NCBI GenBank assembly: GCA_964409615.1
Contig: CAYPDT010000004.1
Coordinates: forward strand, 11,949 to 75,948
Reading direction: 5' to 3'
Origin: an uncultured Candidatus Saccharibacteria bacterium
Lineage (GTDB): Bacteria; Patescibacteriota; Saccharimonadia; Saccharimonadales; AWTP1-31
DNA length: 64,000 nt
In this document: piece by piece, positions 18,767-27,621 of the stretch
How positions within the stretch are numbered: position 1 is the first letter of the stretch
Layout: each line of letters starts with the position of its first letter
Program-made: the position numbers and the translations under genes
The notes under the pieces: generated by a model
Told to the model about the DNA's origin: nothing
Database searches by the model: none
What the model saw: the letters and a program-made list of their open reading frames with translations, nothing else

Positions 18767-19921
18767 CTATTCGCCGTGTTCTTCGATGGCCTCTAGGAGA
18801 CTGCTTTCGAGCTGTTCTTTACGTTTTAATTTTGGTAATGGCTTTGGCTCGGCCTTGACTACCGGTTGTGGCGCCGGCTTAGCGACTTCGCCTGAAATGT
18901 CTAGGTCGTACCCAGTGAGCTTGCTTGCAAGACGGACGTTCTGGCCACTTTTGCCGATTGCAATACTAAGTTGATCTTCGGGAACAAAGACGGTAGCCTT
19001 TTTGTCGTTTTCGTTAATTACGACACGGTCAACTTTGGTTGGGCTTAGAGCATTGATGATGTATGTCTTTGGGTCATCGTTGAATACAACGATATCAATC
19101 TTCTCTTGCTCACCAATTTCGCTCATGACCGCGTTAACACGCGTACCATGACCACCAACAAAAGTACCAACAGGGTCAACACCAGGTGTGCTGCTAGCGA
19201 CGGCAATCTTGCTTCGAACACCTGCTTCACGGGCGATGTTCTTGATTTCTACCATGCCGCTTTCCATCTCTGGCACTTCGTTTTTGAAAAGGTCACGAAT
19301 AAATTCGGTGCTTCCCCGACTAACTACCAATTGTGGGCCACGAAAACCACGTTCAACATCTTTAAGGAAGACCTTTAGTCGCTGACCAGGATAGTAGCGT
19401 TCGCCCTGAATCTGTTCGCTTTTTGGCATGATACCTTGTGCTTTACCAAGGTCAATACGAACAATCATACCTTCGACACGTGATACCAATCCATTGATAA
19501 TAGTGCCTATCTTATCGTCGTATTCAGCCATAACAATTTCTCGTTCTGCTTCACGAAGTCGCTGCAAAATAACTTGCTTAGCGGTTTGAGCAGCAACACG
19601 ACCAAAGTTCTCGACTTTTTCATGAATTTCAACAGTTTCGCCAATAGCAGCGTTCTTGCGAATAACTTGAGCGTCACCAACGCTAATTTCGAATCGGTCG
19701 TCACCAACGCGTTCAACAACTTCTTTGCTAATGTAAGCATCAACATCACCGTTGTTAAGGTTCATGGTGATGCGTACTTCTTGTTCACGGTCACCGTAAT
19801 CACGACGGTAGGCGGCAGCAAGAGCTTGTTCGACAATTTCTTGTACGGCTTCTTCGGGTAGGTTTTTCTCTTCGGCAATAGTCTTTACGGCAAGTGCCAG
19901 GCCTTTCATATCTAGTTCCAT
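18767..19921 (-). CDS. nusA: Transcription termination/antitermination factor NusA
   Basis: 384 aa. N-terminal domain, S1 and two KH domains (GPQLVVSR, GKSGQNVRLA). Confidence 0.95.
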   Translation of the reverse strand: MELDMKGLALAVKTIAEEKNLPEEAVQEIVEQALAAAYRRDYGDREQEVRITMNLNNGDVDAYISKEVVERVGDDRFEISVGDAQVIRKNAAIGETVEIHEKVENFGRVAAQTAKQVILQRLREAEREIVMAEYDDKIGTIINGLVSRVEGMIVRIDLGKAQGIMPKSEQIQGERYYPGQRLKVFLKDVERGFRGPQLVVSRGSTEFIRDLFKNEVPEMESGMVEIKNIAREAGVRSKIAVASSTPGVDPVGTFVGGHGTRVNAVMSEIGEQEKIDIVVFNDDPKTYIINALSPTKVDRVVINENDKKATVFVPEDQLSIAIGKSGQNVRLASKLTGYDLDISGEVAKPAPQPVVKAEPKPLPKLKRKEQLESSLLEAIEEHGE

Positions 19922-19947
19922 ATTTTTGTCCTTTCAGTTACGTTCTA

Positions 19948-19975
19948 TGAAAAAATCCGACCTGCTGGCCGGATT
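19948..19975 (-). terminator. Intrinsic terminator-like hairpin inside the nusA 5' leader
   Basis: Minus strand reads AAUCCGGCC-AGCA-GGUCGGAUU followed by UUUUC: 9-bp stem including one G-U pair, tetraloop. It lies 27 nt upstream of the nusA ATG. Confidence 0.6.
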
Positions 19976-19985
19976 AACTGCACTT

Positions 19986-20014
19986 AGTATAGCGCGTTTT
20001 CAAGGAGTTTACAA
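19986..20014 (-). promoter_or_regulatory. Candidate nusA promoter
   Basis: Minus strand reads TTGTAA-17 nt-TATACT, immediately upstream of the leader hairpin. Confidence 0.45.
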
Positions 20015-20074
20015 GTTCAGCATTTGCGCGGTTACGCCTTCCGTGAGCGTTAGTGACAATGGTACACTTGAGAG

Positions 20075-22684
20075 ATGAAAAAAGTAACCCGACTCTATGA
20101 CCAGTTTAAGCCAAACCATTATATTCTCGACCTTGTGCCAAATCGAGATGATATGACCTTTACCGGTTCGGTGATTATCTCGGGCAATAAAACTGGCCGC
20201 CCAAGCCAGCGACTGACTTTTCATCAGAAAGACTTGAAGATAACCAAAGCTCATGTAGTGTTTCACGATAAGCTTGGTGATACGGAAGTTGCGATTGACC
20301 GTATTAACCATCACGCCAGCTTTGATGAAGTCCGTTTACACGCAAAGAAATTACTATACCCTGGAAAATACACAATTACCCTTGAGTTTACGGGCACAAT
20401 TACCCGGGCGATGAACGGCGTCTATCCTTGCTTCTTTACACATGACGGAGTTGAGAAAAAGCTGATAGCTACACAATTCGAAAGTCATCACGCTCGTGAG
20501 GTCTTCCCTTCTATTGATGAGCCGGAGGCCAAAGCAACGTTTGACCTGTCGTTGACAACGCCCAAGGGCGAGACTGTGATTGCTAATACACCAGTCAAAA
20601 AGCAAGCCGAACAAGGTGAGATGGTGCATACAACTTTCGAGAGGACGCCGCATATGAGCACCTATTTGCTGGCTTTTGTGTACGGCGAAATGAAATACCT
20701 AGAGGCTAAAACCAAAAAGGGTGTAACAGTTCGGACGTATGCCACACCTGATAACGTTGCCTTTACTGAGTTCGCTTTGGATACTGCTGTAAAGTGCCTC
20801 GATTTCTATAGTGAGTATTTCGACATCGATTACCCGTTAGAAAAATGCGATATGATTGCCCTGCCCGACTTTGCCAGTGGTGCCATGGAGAACTGGGGCT
20901 GTATCACCTATCGTGAGCAAACACTTTTGGTCGACCCCGAGAATACGAGCCTGGGTATGAAGCAGTATGTTGCCATGGTGGTAGCTCATGAATTAACTCA
21001 CCAGTGGTTCGGTAACCTCGTAACTATGCAGTGGTGGACCGATTTGTGGCTGAATGAAGGCTTTGCCTCGTGGTTCGAGTACTTGGCCGTTGACCATTTG
21101 TATCCAAACTGGAAGATGTGGACGCAGTTTATTGTAGACGAGCAACAGCAGGCTCTGAAGTTGGATGCACTAGAACATACTCATCCGATTGAGGTGCCAA
21201 TTAATCATCCTGATGAAATTCGCACAATCTTTGATGCGATTAGTTACAGCAAAGGCTCAAGTGTTATCCATATGCTCTACAACTATCTGGGGCCCGATGC
21301 ATTCCAGGCCGGGTTGCGCTATTACCTCAAGAAGCATGCCTACAAGAATACCGTCACGTTAGATTTGTGGGATGCCCTGGAGGAAGTTTCTAAAAAGCCA
21401 GTGCGCGAATTTATGCACGCCTGGACCAGCCAATCTGGATATCCAATTGTGCGTGCCGATGTAGACGAAACAGGTGTTACGGTGAGCCAAAAGCGTTTTA
21501 TACTCAATCCATTGTCAAAGGCAGAAACTACCGAGACATGGCCAGTGCCTTTATTGGCCTCGAGCAAAGAACTACCTGACCGTTTTGATGAACCAAAGCT
21601 TACAGTTGCACATAAAGGTCTGGGTCAGCTTAAGCTCAACACTGGCGGTAGCGGCTTCTATCGTACTGTCTATAACGCTTCACATCTACAGGCTCTAGCT
21701 GCTCGGATTAAGACTGGCCACTTCGAACCGCTTGACCGACTGGGCATTCTTGCCGATGTCACTGAGGCAGCAAAAGCAGGACTACTGGATGTTACAGAAG
21801 TTTTGAGCTTGCTTAGTGCCTATGAGAATGAAGATGATAACGCTGTGTGGGATGTTATGGCTGCCACTCTTGGCAGTATTCGCTTCATTATGGACGATGA
21901 TACTGTGCGTGAAGCTATGAAACCGTACGTTCGCAAGTTAACTGCTGCGCAAGTTGCCCGTTTAGGCTGGACCATTGAGCCACATGAATCGCACTTCGAC
22001 CGCTTGCTACGCCCAACTGTTTTAGGCATGGCATCTTCGGCAGACGAGCCAGAAATTGTTGCGTTTGCCAAGGAGCGTTTTGCCGAGATGCACGACCCAT
22101 CAGAACTAGAAGCTCAAATGAAGATTCCTGGCCGCCGGCCAAGCTTGCGTAATAGTAACCTTGATCCTGACTTACGCGGCGTTGTCTACGGTACTATTGC
22201 TCGCACTGGTGGTGAGGCGGAGTTTAATAAGCTTTTGGCTATGCATAACCACACACATTCTAACGAGGAGAAGCTTAACTTGTGCGCCGCACTGACTGGT
22301 TTCAAGCAGCCGGAACTTATCGCTCGAACACTAGGGCTAATTAACAGTGACCAAGTTCGCCTGCAAGACGTGGCTTACTGGTTGGCTTACAGCTTCACGA
22401 ACCGTTATGCTCGCGACGCAACCTGGAAATGGCTCAAGGATAACTGGAAATGGCTTGAAGATAATATGGGCAACGATTTGTCGTTTTACCGCATGCCAAT
22501 TTATGCCGCCCGCGGTTTTAGTGATGAGTCGTTTATCGCAGACTACAAGAAGTTCTTTGGTAAGGTTTTATCGCCGGCTTTTGAACGAGCCTACAATCAA
22601 GGATTAGAAATGATTGAGTGGCAATCTGCCTGGAAGAAGCGCGACTTAAAATTAGTAAAAGCCTTCTTTAAAAACGTTTCCTAG
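20075..22684 (+). CDS. pepN: M1-family aminopeptidase N
   Basis: 869 aa. GAMEN exopeptidase motif and HELTHQWFGNLVTMQWWTDLWLNEGFA (HExxH-18-E). Long helical C-terminal domain. Confidence 0.9.
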   Translation: MKKVTRLYDQFKPNHYILDLVPNRDDMTFTGSVIISGNKTGRPSQRLTFHQKDLKITKAHVVFHDKLGDTEVAIDRINHHASFDEVRLHAKKLLYPGKYTITLEFTGTITRAMNGVYPCFFTHDGVEKKLIATQFESHHAREVFPSIDEPEAKATFDLSLTTPKGETVIANTPVKKQAEQGEMVHTTFERTPHMSTYLLAFVYGEMKYLEAKTKKGVTVRTYATPDNVAFTEFALDTAVKCLDFYSEYFDIDYPLEKCDMIALPDFASGAMENWGCITYREQTLLVDPENTSLGMKQYVAMVVAHELTHQWFGNLVTMQWWTDLWLNEGFASWFEYLAVDHLYPNWKMWTQFIVDEQQQALKLDALEHTHPIEVPINHPDEIRTIFDAISYSKGSSVIHMLYNYLGPDAFQAGLRYYLKKHAYKNTVTLDLWDALEEVSKKPVREFMHAWTSQSGYPIVRADVDETGVTVSQKRFILNPLSKAETTETWPVPLLASSKELPDRFDEPKLTVAHKGLGQLKLNTGGSGFYRTVYNASHLQALAARIKTGHFEPLDRLGILADVTEAAKAGLLDVTEVLSLLSAYENEDDNAVWDVMAATLGSIRFIMDDDTVREAMKPYVRKLTAAQVARLGWTIEPHESHFDRLLRPTVLGMASSADEPEIVAFAKERFAEMHDPSELEAQMKIPGRRPSLRNSNLDPDLRGVVYGTIARTGGEAEFNKLLAMHNHTHSNEEKLNLCAALTGFKQPELIARTLGLINSDQVRLQDVAYWLAYSFTNRYARDATWKWLKDNWKWLEDNMGNDLSFYRMPIYAARGFSDESFIADYKKFFGKVLSPAFERAYNQGLEMIEWQSAWKKRDLKLVKAFFKNVS

Positions 22685-22687
22685 TCA

Positions 22688-22993
22688 CTAATTCTTGTTT
22701 GGCCCAAGACTATTTCGTGTAAAGCTGAAGGCTGCTCCACCGATTTCTCGGCAAACTTCTTCGGTCAGCGCTAGTGGACAGTTGTCATTCGCACATCTCG
22801 GCATTATGTCTATCTCTGCGTGTTGAATATCGCCAGATAAGGGCTCTATTTCAAATTTGCCATCATATACAATGTCTTCCATTGCGCAGACATCGGCTGG
22901 ACAATTATTAACAAATAAGGCTCCTGCAATACTAACAAAATGCTCTGAGGCCTCTTGTTGACGTGCGTCATCTATAGGTTTAGGGTGATCCAT
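22688..22993 (-). CDS. Hypothetical small Cys-containing protein
   Basis: 101-aa ORF directly downstream of yraN on the same strand. No recognisable motif. Confidence 0.5.
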   Translation of the reverse strand: MDHPKPIDDARQQEASEHFVSIAGALFVNNCPADVCAMEDIVYDGKFEIEPLSGDIQHAEIDIMPRCANDNCPLALTEEVCREIGGAAFSFTRNSLGPNKN

Positions 22994-23002
22994 TGCAATG
23001 GA

Positions 23003-23344
23003 TTATACAGAAAGTAAAAATTCTTGAACAGTATAATTCGGCCCTGTCATGCTAATAGCCGATAATGTATATTCGCCATCATACCCACGAAGCGTAACCC
23101 AGCTCTCGGCTGCACGCGTCATTTGTTGCAGCTTTTTACTGGTTATATAGTCAAGGCCATCTCCTTGGTAAGAATTTTGACGATATTTTACTTCGACGAA
23201 GTGCATTACAGTATCTTTTTGAGCAATAATATCAATCTCGCACCATTTTGTACGCCAATTAAGTTCTATGATACGAAAGCCAAGCGATACTAGGTGCTGT
23301 GCCGCAATCTTTTCGGCATGATGGCCAGTGGCGTAATTGGTCAT
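23003..23344 (-). CDS. yraN: YraN-family (UPF0102) endonuclease-like protein
   Basis: 113 aa. GHHAEKIAAQHL...EIDIIA...FVEVKYR is the restriction-endonuclease-like core. Classic rnhB-yraN adjacency. Confidence 0.85.
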   Translation of the reverse strand: MTNYATGHHAEKIAAQHLVSLGFRIIELNWRTKWCEIDIIAQKDTVMHFVEVKYRQNSYQGDGLDYITSKKLQQMTRAAESWVTLRGYDGEYTLSAISMTGPNYTVQEFLLSV

Positions 23345-23919
23345 AGTAGAGCCTTGATTGGTTTGTAGCTTTTACGATGATGCCGAGTAACGCCGAACTC
23401 ACAAAGAGCTTGCTGATGTTTTTTAGTGCCATAGCCGACATTAGTCTCGAAGCCATATTGCGGTAACTCTTGAGCAAGGAGCTCCATGTAGGTATCACGG
23501 GCAACCTTGGCGAGAATACTAGCTGCACTGACCCCAGGTACAGTAGCATCGGCCTTTATTAAACACGATGCTTTTGGATTTTCAGGTAGAAAATTGTAGT
23601 TACCATCAATAATGATTTGATGATACGTCTGGTTGATTTTTGCGACTGCCCGTTCCATGGCTAGCTTTACAGCTTGAGTTAGGCCGAGCGAATCAACTTC
23701 TTCCGCACTAACCCAGCCTAGACCAAAGGCTAAAGCTTGATCCCGTATGTGGCTATCGGCAAGCAATCGTTCTGCTCGCGTCATCACTTTAGAATCCGCC
23801 AGTTTCCAAGGTCGGACCTTGGAAACGTCAAAGGTGGGGTCTAGAATGACTGCCCCAGCCACTAGCGGTCCTGCCCAACAGCCTCGCCCTACTTCGTCTA
23901 TACCCATAACTAACTGCAT
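23341..23919 (-). CDS. rnhB: Ribonuclease HII
   Basis: 192 aa. GIDEVGRG, DSK and SIxAK motifs. Confidence 0.95.
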   Translation of the reverse strand: MQLVMGIDEVGRGCWAGPLVAGAVILDPTFDVSKVRPWKLADSKVMTRAERLLADSHIRDQALAFGLGWVSAEEVDSLGLTQAVKLAMERAVAKINQTYHQIIIDGNYNFLPENPKASCLIKADATVPGVSAASILAKVARDTYMELLAQELPQYGFETNVGYGTKKHQQALCEFGVTRHHRKSYKPIKALL

Positions 23920-23940
23920 GGATATAGTATAGCGGGCAAT

Positions 23941-24822
23941 CTAGCTGAGTAGACGAGAAAGTCGTAAGGCAGCGATACCAGCTGCCAGCTGTACATCCCT
24001 TAGGTGTGGCGGGCCACCCTCAAAGATTGGAGTTGTTGCTGCGTTGAACCAGAATCCTGCTAGCCAGTGCAACGCTTGTGGGTTTAGCTTATCTATATAG
24101 TCGTCTGGAATTATGTAGCCTGAGCGTTCGATATGCGCGAACATGGCACCGAGGTCGATATCGCGGTCGCCCAGATGGGTCCAGTTCCAGTCAACAATTT
24201 TTACTTCACCGGTGCTATTATTCCATGCACAGTTATCGCCCCGAATATCAAAGTGGGTAAGTTCAGTCTGCTTGAAGGTGTAGTTGAGGCTTCTTTTTGT
24301 GTCATTTGGTATGTCTATCGCTTCAATTGTGGCAACTGCCTGCAAGTTTGAAAGTTTCTGTGCAAGTAGAGCTTGTTTTTCATCAGAATCTGCTAACACT
24401 ACCCAGCCATTTTCTTTTTGGCTGACCCCAGGTGTGCCAAATAATTCTTTGTCTGCGGGGAGTGTTGGCTTAATCTGCGCAAGCTCATCCATCGCCTGTA
24501 AAGTTGCTTGTAAGCGAGCTTCGTGCCAGTCCTCGCTCCAGTCCCATCCGCCAGATGGTAGTAAGGCTTCTAGGCAGAAGCCGCTGTTGTCTTGATTGGT
24601 ACCCAAGATTTCGGGTATGTGCTCATATCCATGACGTGCTAAAAAGTCATAGACAGCTACTTCTTTTCGCGCCCAAACAGCAGTATTTTGGTGGTGACCA
24701 ACTTTTACAAACACGGTTTGACCGGACGGAAGAGATAATAGGCCACGTTCGGCATTGCTGTAGCCACCCTCAACTGCTTGCAGCTGCGGTAACTCTGTTT
24801 CGATAGTTTTCCAGTCAATCAT
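23941..24822 (-). CDS. Phosphotransferase (APH/choline-kinase-like) family protein
   Basis: Brenner motif HFDIRGDNCAW and IVDWNW. The start is moved to MIDWKT (ATG 24822) because the longer ORF crosses the rplS terminator and overlaps the rplS tail. Confidence 0.8.
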   Translation of the reverse strand: MIDWKTIETELPQLQAVEGGYSNAERGLLSLPSGQTVFVKVGHHQNTAVWARKEVAVYDFLARHGYEHIPEILGTNQDNSGFCLEALLPSGGWDWSEDWHEARLQATLQAMDELAQIKPTLPADKELFGTPGVSQKENGWVVLADSDEKQALLAQKLSNLQAVATIEAIDIPNDTKRSLNYTFKQTELTHFDIRGDNCAWNNSTGEVKIVDWNWTHLGDRDIDLGAMFAHIERSGYIIPDDYIDKLNPQALHWLAGFWFNAATTPIFEGGPPHLRDVQLAAGIAALRLSRLLS

Positions 24823-24838
24823 AGGTATCCTTATATAT

Positions 24839-24876
24839 AAAAAAACCGCTCCTAGGCATTGTACCAGGAGCGGTTT
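24839..24876 (-). terminator. Rho-independent terminator of rplS
   Basis: Minus strand reads AAACCGCUCCU-ggtacaatgcct-AGGAGCGGUUUUUUU. Confidence 0.8.
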
Positions 24877-24892
24877 GTTGAAGCTGCGTTGT

Positions 24893-25411
24893 TTAGGCTT
24901 CTTCGTGGGCTGCTTGTGCTGCTGCAACTTTGGCTTCTGCCTCGGCTTCTTCAGCGGCTTTTGCAGCTTCGGCTGCTTCATGCTCTTCGGCGGCTTCTTC
25001 TTTAGCGAGTCGTTCTGCTTCGAGGATAGCTGGGTCTTCTGGTACTTCGTTTACATTTTTATCGAAGGCAACTCCAGTAAGGCGAGCTGCTTTACCGGTT
25101 CGGCTGCGCATATAGGTGAGGTAGTTACGTCGAACTTTGCTTCGTTTGGTAACTTCTACCTTGACTACAAGTGGTGAGTGAAGCAAGTAGGTCTTTTCAA
25201 CACCGATACCACTGGCAACGCGTCGTACGGCGATAGTTGAAGTTAAACTATCTTTTTTACCGACACGGATAACAAGGCCTTCAAAGATTTGAATGCGCTC
25301 TTTGTTGCCTTCTTTAATTTTCTGATGTACGCGAACAGTGTCACCAGGACGCACGTCTACAACAGCATGTTTTTTATAACGATTTTCGATTTGTCTTAGT
25401 ACTGATTCCAT
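24893..25411 (-). CDS. rplS: 50S ribosomal protein L19 with Ala/Glu-rich C-terminal extension
   Basis: 172 aa. The N-terminal ~115 aa are canonical L19 (RPGDTVRVH, EGNKERIQIFEGLVI). The tail is EAERLAKEEAAEEHEAAEAAKAAEEAEAEAKVAAAQAAHEEA. Confidence 0.95.
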   Translation of the reverse strand: MESVLRQIENRYKKHAVVDVRPGDTVRVHQKIKEGNKERIQIFEGLVIRVGKKDSLTSTIAVRRVASGIGVEKTYLLHSPLVVKVEVTKRSKVRRNYLTYMRSRTGKAARLTGVAFDKNVNEVPEDPAILEAERLAKEEAAEEHEAAEAAKAAEEAEAEAKVAAAQAAHEEA

Positions 25412-25544
25412 AACAAAATTACTTTAAAACCTTAGCTTAAAACTTTAATTACCTTACACGTTTTACTTCGTTCACACAAGTATACCATATCTGTTGTTAT
25501 ATTGAAACTAGTTTGTGGCTATAAAGACACGTACAATAGAACAT

Positions 25545-26678
25545 ATGAATTTTGGCGAAGAAGCACTCAAGAAACACAAAGAACTCAAGGGAAAGATAGC
25601 TGTATCACTTAAGGATAAGCTGGATAGTCAGGATAAATTAAGTACTTACTACACTCCCGGTGTTGCGGCGGTGAGCAGTTATGTTGCGGAGCATCCCGAA
25701 GAAGCACGTGATTATACCTGGCTTAACAATAGTGTCGCTGTTATAAGTGATGGGTCTGCTGTACTGGGCCTAGGCAACATTGGTCCGTATGGCGCACTAC
25801 CAGTTATGGAGGGTAAGGCCATGCTTTTCAAGCACTTTGCTGACATCGATGCCGTACCATTGATATTGAATGTACACACCGCAGACGAAATTGTGGCAAC
25901 CGTGAGTGCTTTGGCCCCAAGTTTTGGCGGCATTAACTTAGAAGACATCGCCGCACCAATTTGTTTTGAAGTGGAAGAGCGTCTAAAAGCGGAACTGGAT
26001 ATTCCAGTCTTTCATGACGACCAGCACGGAACGGCAATAGTGGTGTTGGCAGGCTTAATCAATGCTATGAAGATTACCGGACGCACTTTGGCCGACTGTA
26101 AGATAGTCTGCGTGGGTGCTGGTGCTGCTGGCACGGCAATCATGAAGCTACTGTACTTGTATGCGCAGCCTGATATTCTGGCTGTTGATAGTAAGGGTAT
26201 TGTTAGTGCTGACCGAACTGACATGAATGATGAAAAGAAAAAGCTCTTAGAGGTAACCAATAAGAATAACGTTAGTGGCAGCTTGGCTGACGCCCTTCGA
26301 GGGGCCGATATTTTTATAGGCGTCTCGAAAGCTGGACTATTGTCGATTGACATGGTTAAGACAATGGCTAAAGACCCAATCATATTTGCAATGGCCAATC
26401 CGCTACCAGAAATTATGCCTGAAGATGCAAAGGCTGCCGGTGTGGCGATTATGGCAACCGGACGAAGCGACTTCCCTAATCAGGTTAATAACTCGCTGGC
26501 CTTTCCAGGTATTTTCCGCGGAGCTCTCGATAATAAAGTCAGTAAGATAACTGATGAGCACAAACTAGCTGCTGCTGAGGTGATTGCCGGGCTCGTAGAA
26601 AACCCGACTGCCGAAATGATTATTCCCAGTAATCTTGACGAACGTTTAGTGCCTGAAATCGCAAAAGTCATCGTCTAG
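25545..26678 (+). CDS. NAD(P)-dependent malic enzyme (short form)
   Basis: YTPGVA, FHDDQHGTA and GAGAAG motifs. ATG 25545 is preferred over GTG 25515. Confidence 0.9.
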   Translation: MNFGEEALKKHKELKGKIAVSLKDKLDSQDKLSTYYTPGVAAVSSYVAEHPEEARDYTWLNNSVAVISDGSAVLGLGNIGPYGALPVMEGKAMLFKHFADIDAVPLILNVHTADEIVATVSALAPSFGGINLEDIAAPICFEVEERLKAELDIPVFHDDQHGTAIVVLAGLINAMKITGRTLADCKIVCVGAGAAGTAIMKLLYLYAQPDILAVDSKGIVSADRTDMNDEKKKLLEVTNKNNVSGSLADALRGADIFIGVSKAGLLSIDMVKTMAKDPIIFAMANPLPEIMPEDAKAAGVAIMATGRSDFPNQVNNSLAFPGIFRGALDNKVSKITDEHKLAAAEVIAGLVENPTAEMIIPSNLDERLVPEIAKVIV

Positions 26679-26711
26679 AAGACTTATTCGTCGTTTGGTG
26701 CGTGCAACTTC

Positions 26712-27506
26712 TTAAGATTGTGCTTTACGGTGTGGCGTTAAGACGTAGATGCGTTGGTAGCCCATGATGTGACCAAGTGTTTCTCGGACCAGTGGGTTGT
26801 CTTGATGTTTACTATAGAAGCGTGCCAATCGGGCTTGACGGCCAGGGCCAGTCGCTTCGGTAGTAACCGCTGGTAGTACATCTGGTCCCGAGACATGTCG
26901 TGACCCCTTGGTGTGGGCTACGGTGTCGTAAGCAGCATTAATATCATATCCGGCCGTTTCAAATAGTAAGCGGTGGAACAGAGGCCCACTCAAAATACGG
27001 TGTGTTCTGTCGAATAAACCAGTTTCTGGGCGTTGCCGAGCTTGCAAAGCACGACGGCCCTCTATCCAGGTCATGAGCCTGGTCGGGCTGATAATGGGCA
27101 TAGACACAATAAGCTGATGGTTTGGCGCCCCAACCCGCTGTATCTCTTGCATGCTTTGTACGGCTTCGGTAGGCGTTAGATGTTCGATAATATCTAGGGC
27201 TAAAACGTGCGTAAACGCATCATCTCTAAAAGGTAAGCAAACGGCATCGGCCTGTACAGGCATTGCCCAGCGGTTTGAAAGAGAGGCATTGCTGGCAATA
27301 TCGAGCCCTACCATCGTAGTTGAAGGAACTAGTCGCTGGTTATAATTTACGACACCGTCGCTGGCTCCGATATCAAGAACTGCTTCAGGATTAGCCTGAG
27401 CTAATATTGCCTCTACGGTATTGTAGACTGAGTTGTCGGCTCGGGCATCAATAGGAGCACTAACGGTATAAACACTCTCGCCGGAAGCTGTCAGATTTGC
27501 GCTCAT
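26712..27506 (-). CDS. Class I SAM-dependent methyltransferase
   Basis: 264 aa. VLDIGASDGV motif I and the LALDIIEH region. Confidence 0.75.
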   Translation of the reverse strand: MSANLTASGESVYTVSAPIDARADNSVYNTVEAILAQANPEAVLDIGASDGVVNYNQRLVPSTTMVGLDIASNASLSNRWAMPVQADAVCLPFRDDAFTHVLALDIIEHLTPTEAVQSMQEIQRVGAPNHQLIVSMPIISPTRLMTWIEGRRALQARQRPETGLFDRTHRILSGPLFHRLLFETAGYDINAAYDTVAHTKGSRHVSGPDVLPAVTTEATGPGRQARLARFYSKHQDNPLVRETLGHIMGYQRIYVLTPHRKAQS

Positions 27507-27621
27507 CCGACCATACTATAGTACATACGCTTCAGGCGCAATCATAAGCGGATATGATTAGAATGGTGTCACGTGCTGAATATTACTAGCCTATTACTGA
27601 GTCTTTTTATTTATCTAATTA

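Noticed and set aside
20009-20314. 101-aa minus-strand ORF overlapping the pepN start and the nusA promoter region.
   Set aside because: It is antisense to the well-supported pepN N-terminus, with no motifs. The region is better explained by the divergent promoters.
24823-24981. Lys/Pro/Gln-rich 53-codon N-terminal extension of the APH-like ORF (MKQPKLQKPLKKPRQKPK...).
   Set aside because: It is an alternative-frame reading of the rplS Ala/Glu tail and spans the rplS terminator hairpin. The conserved kinase sequence starts at MIDWKT (ATG 24822).
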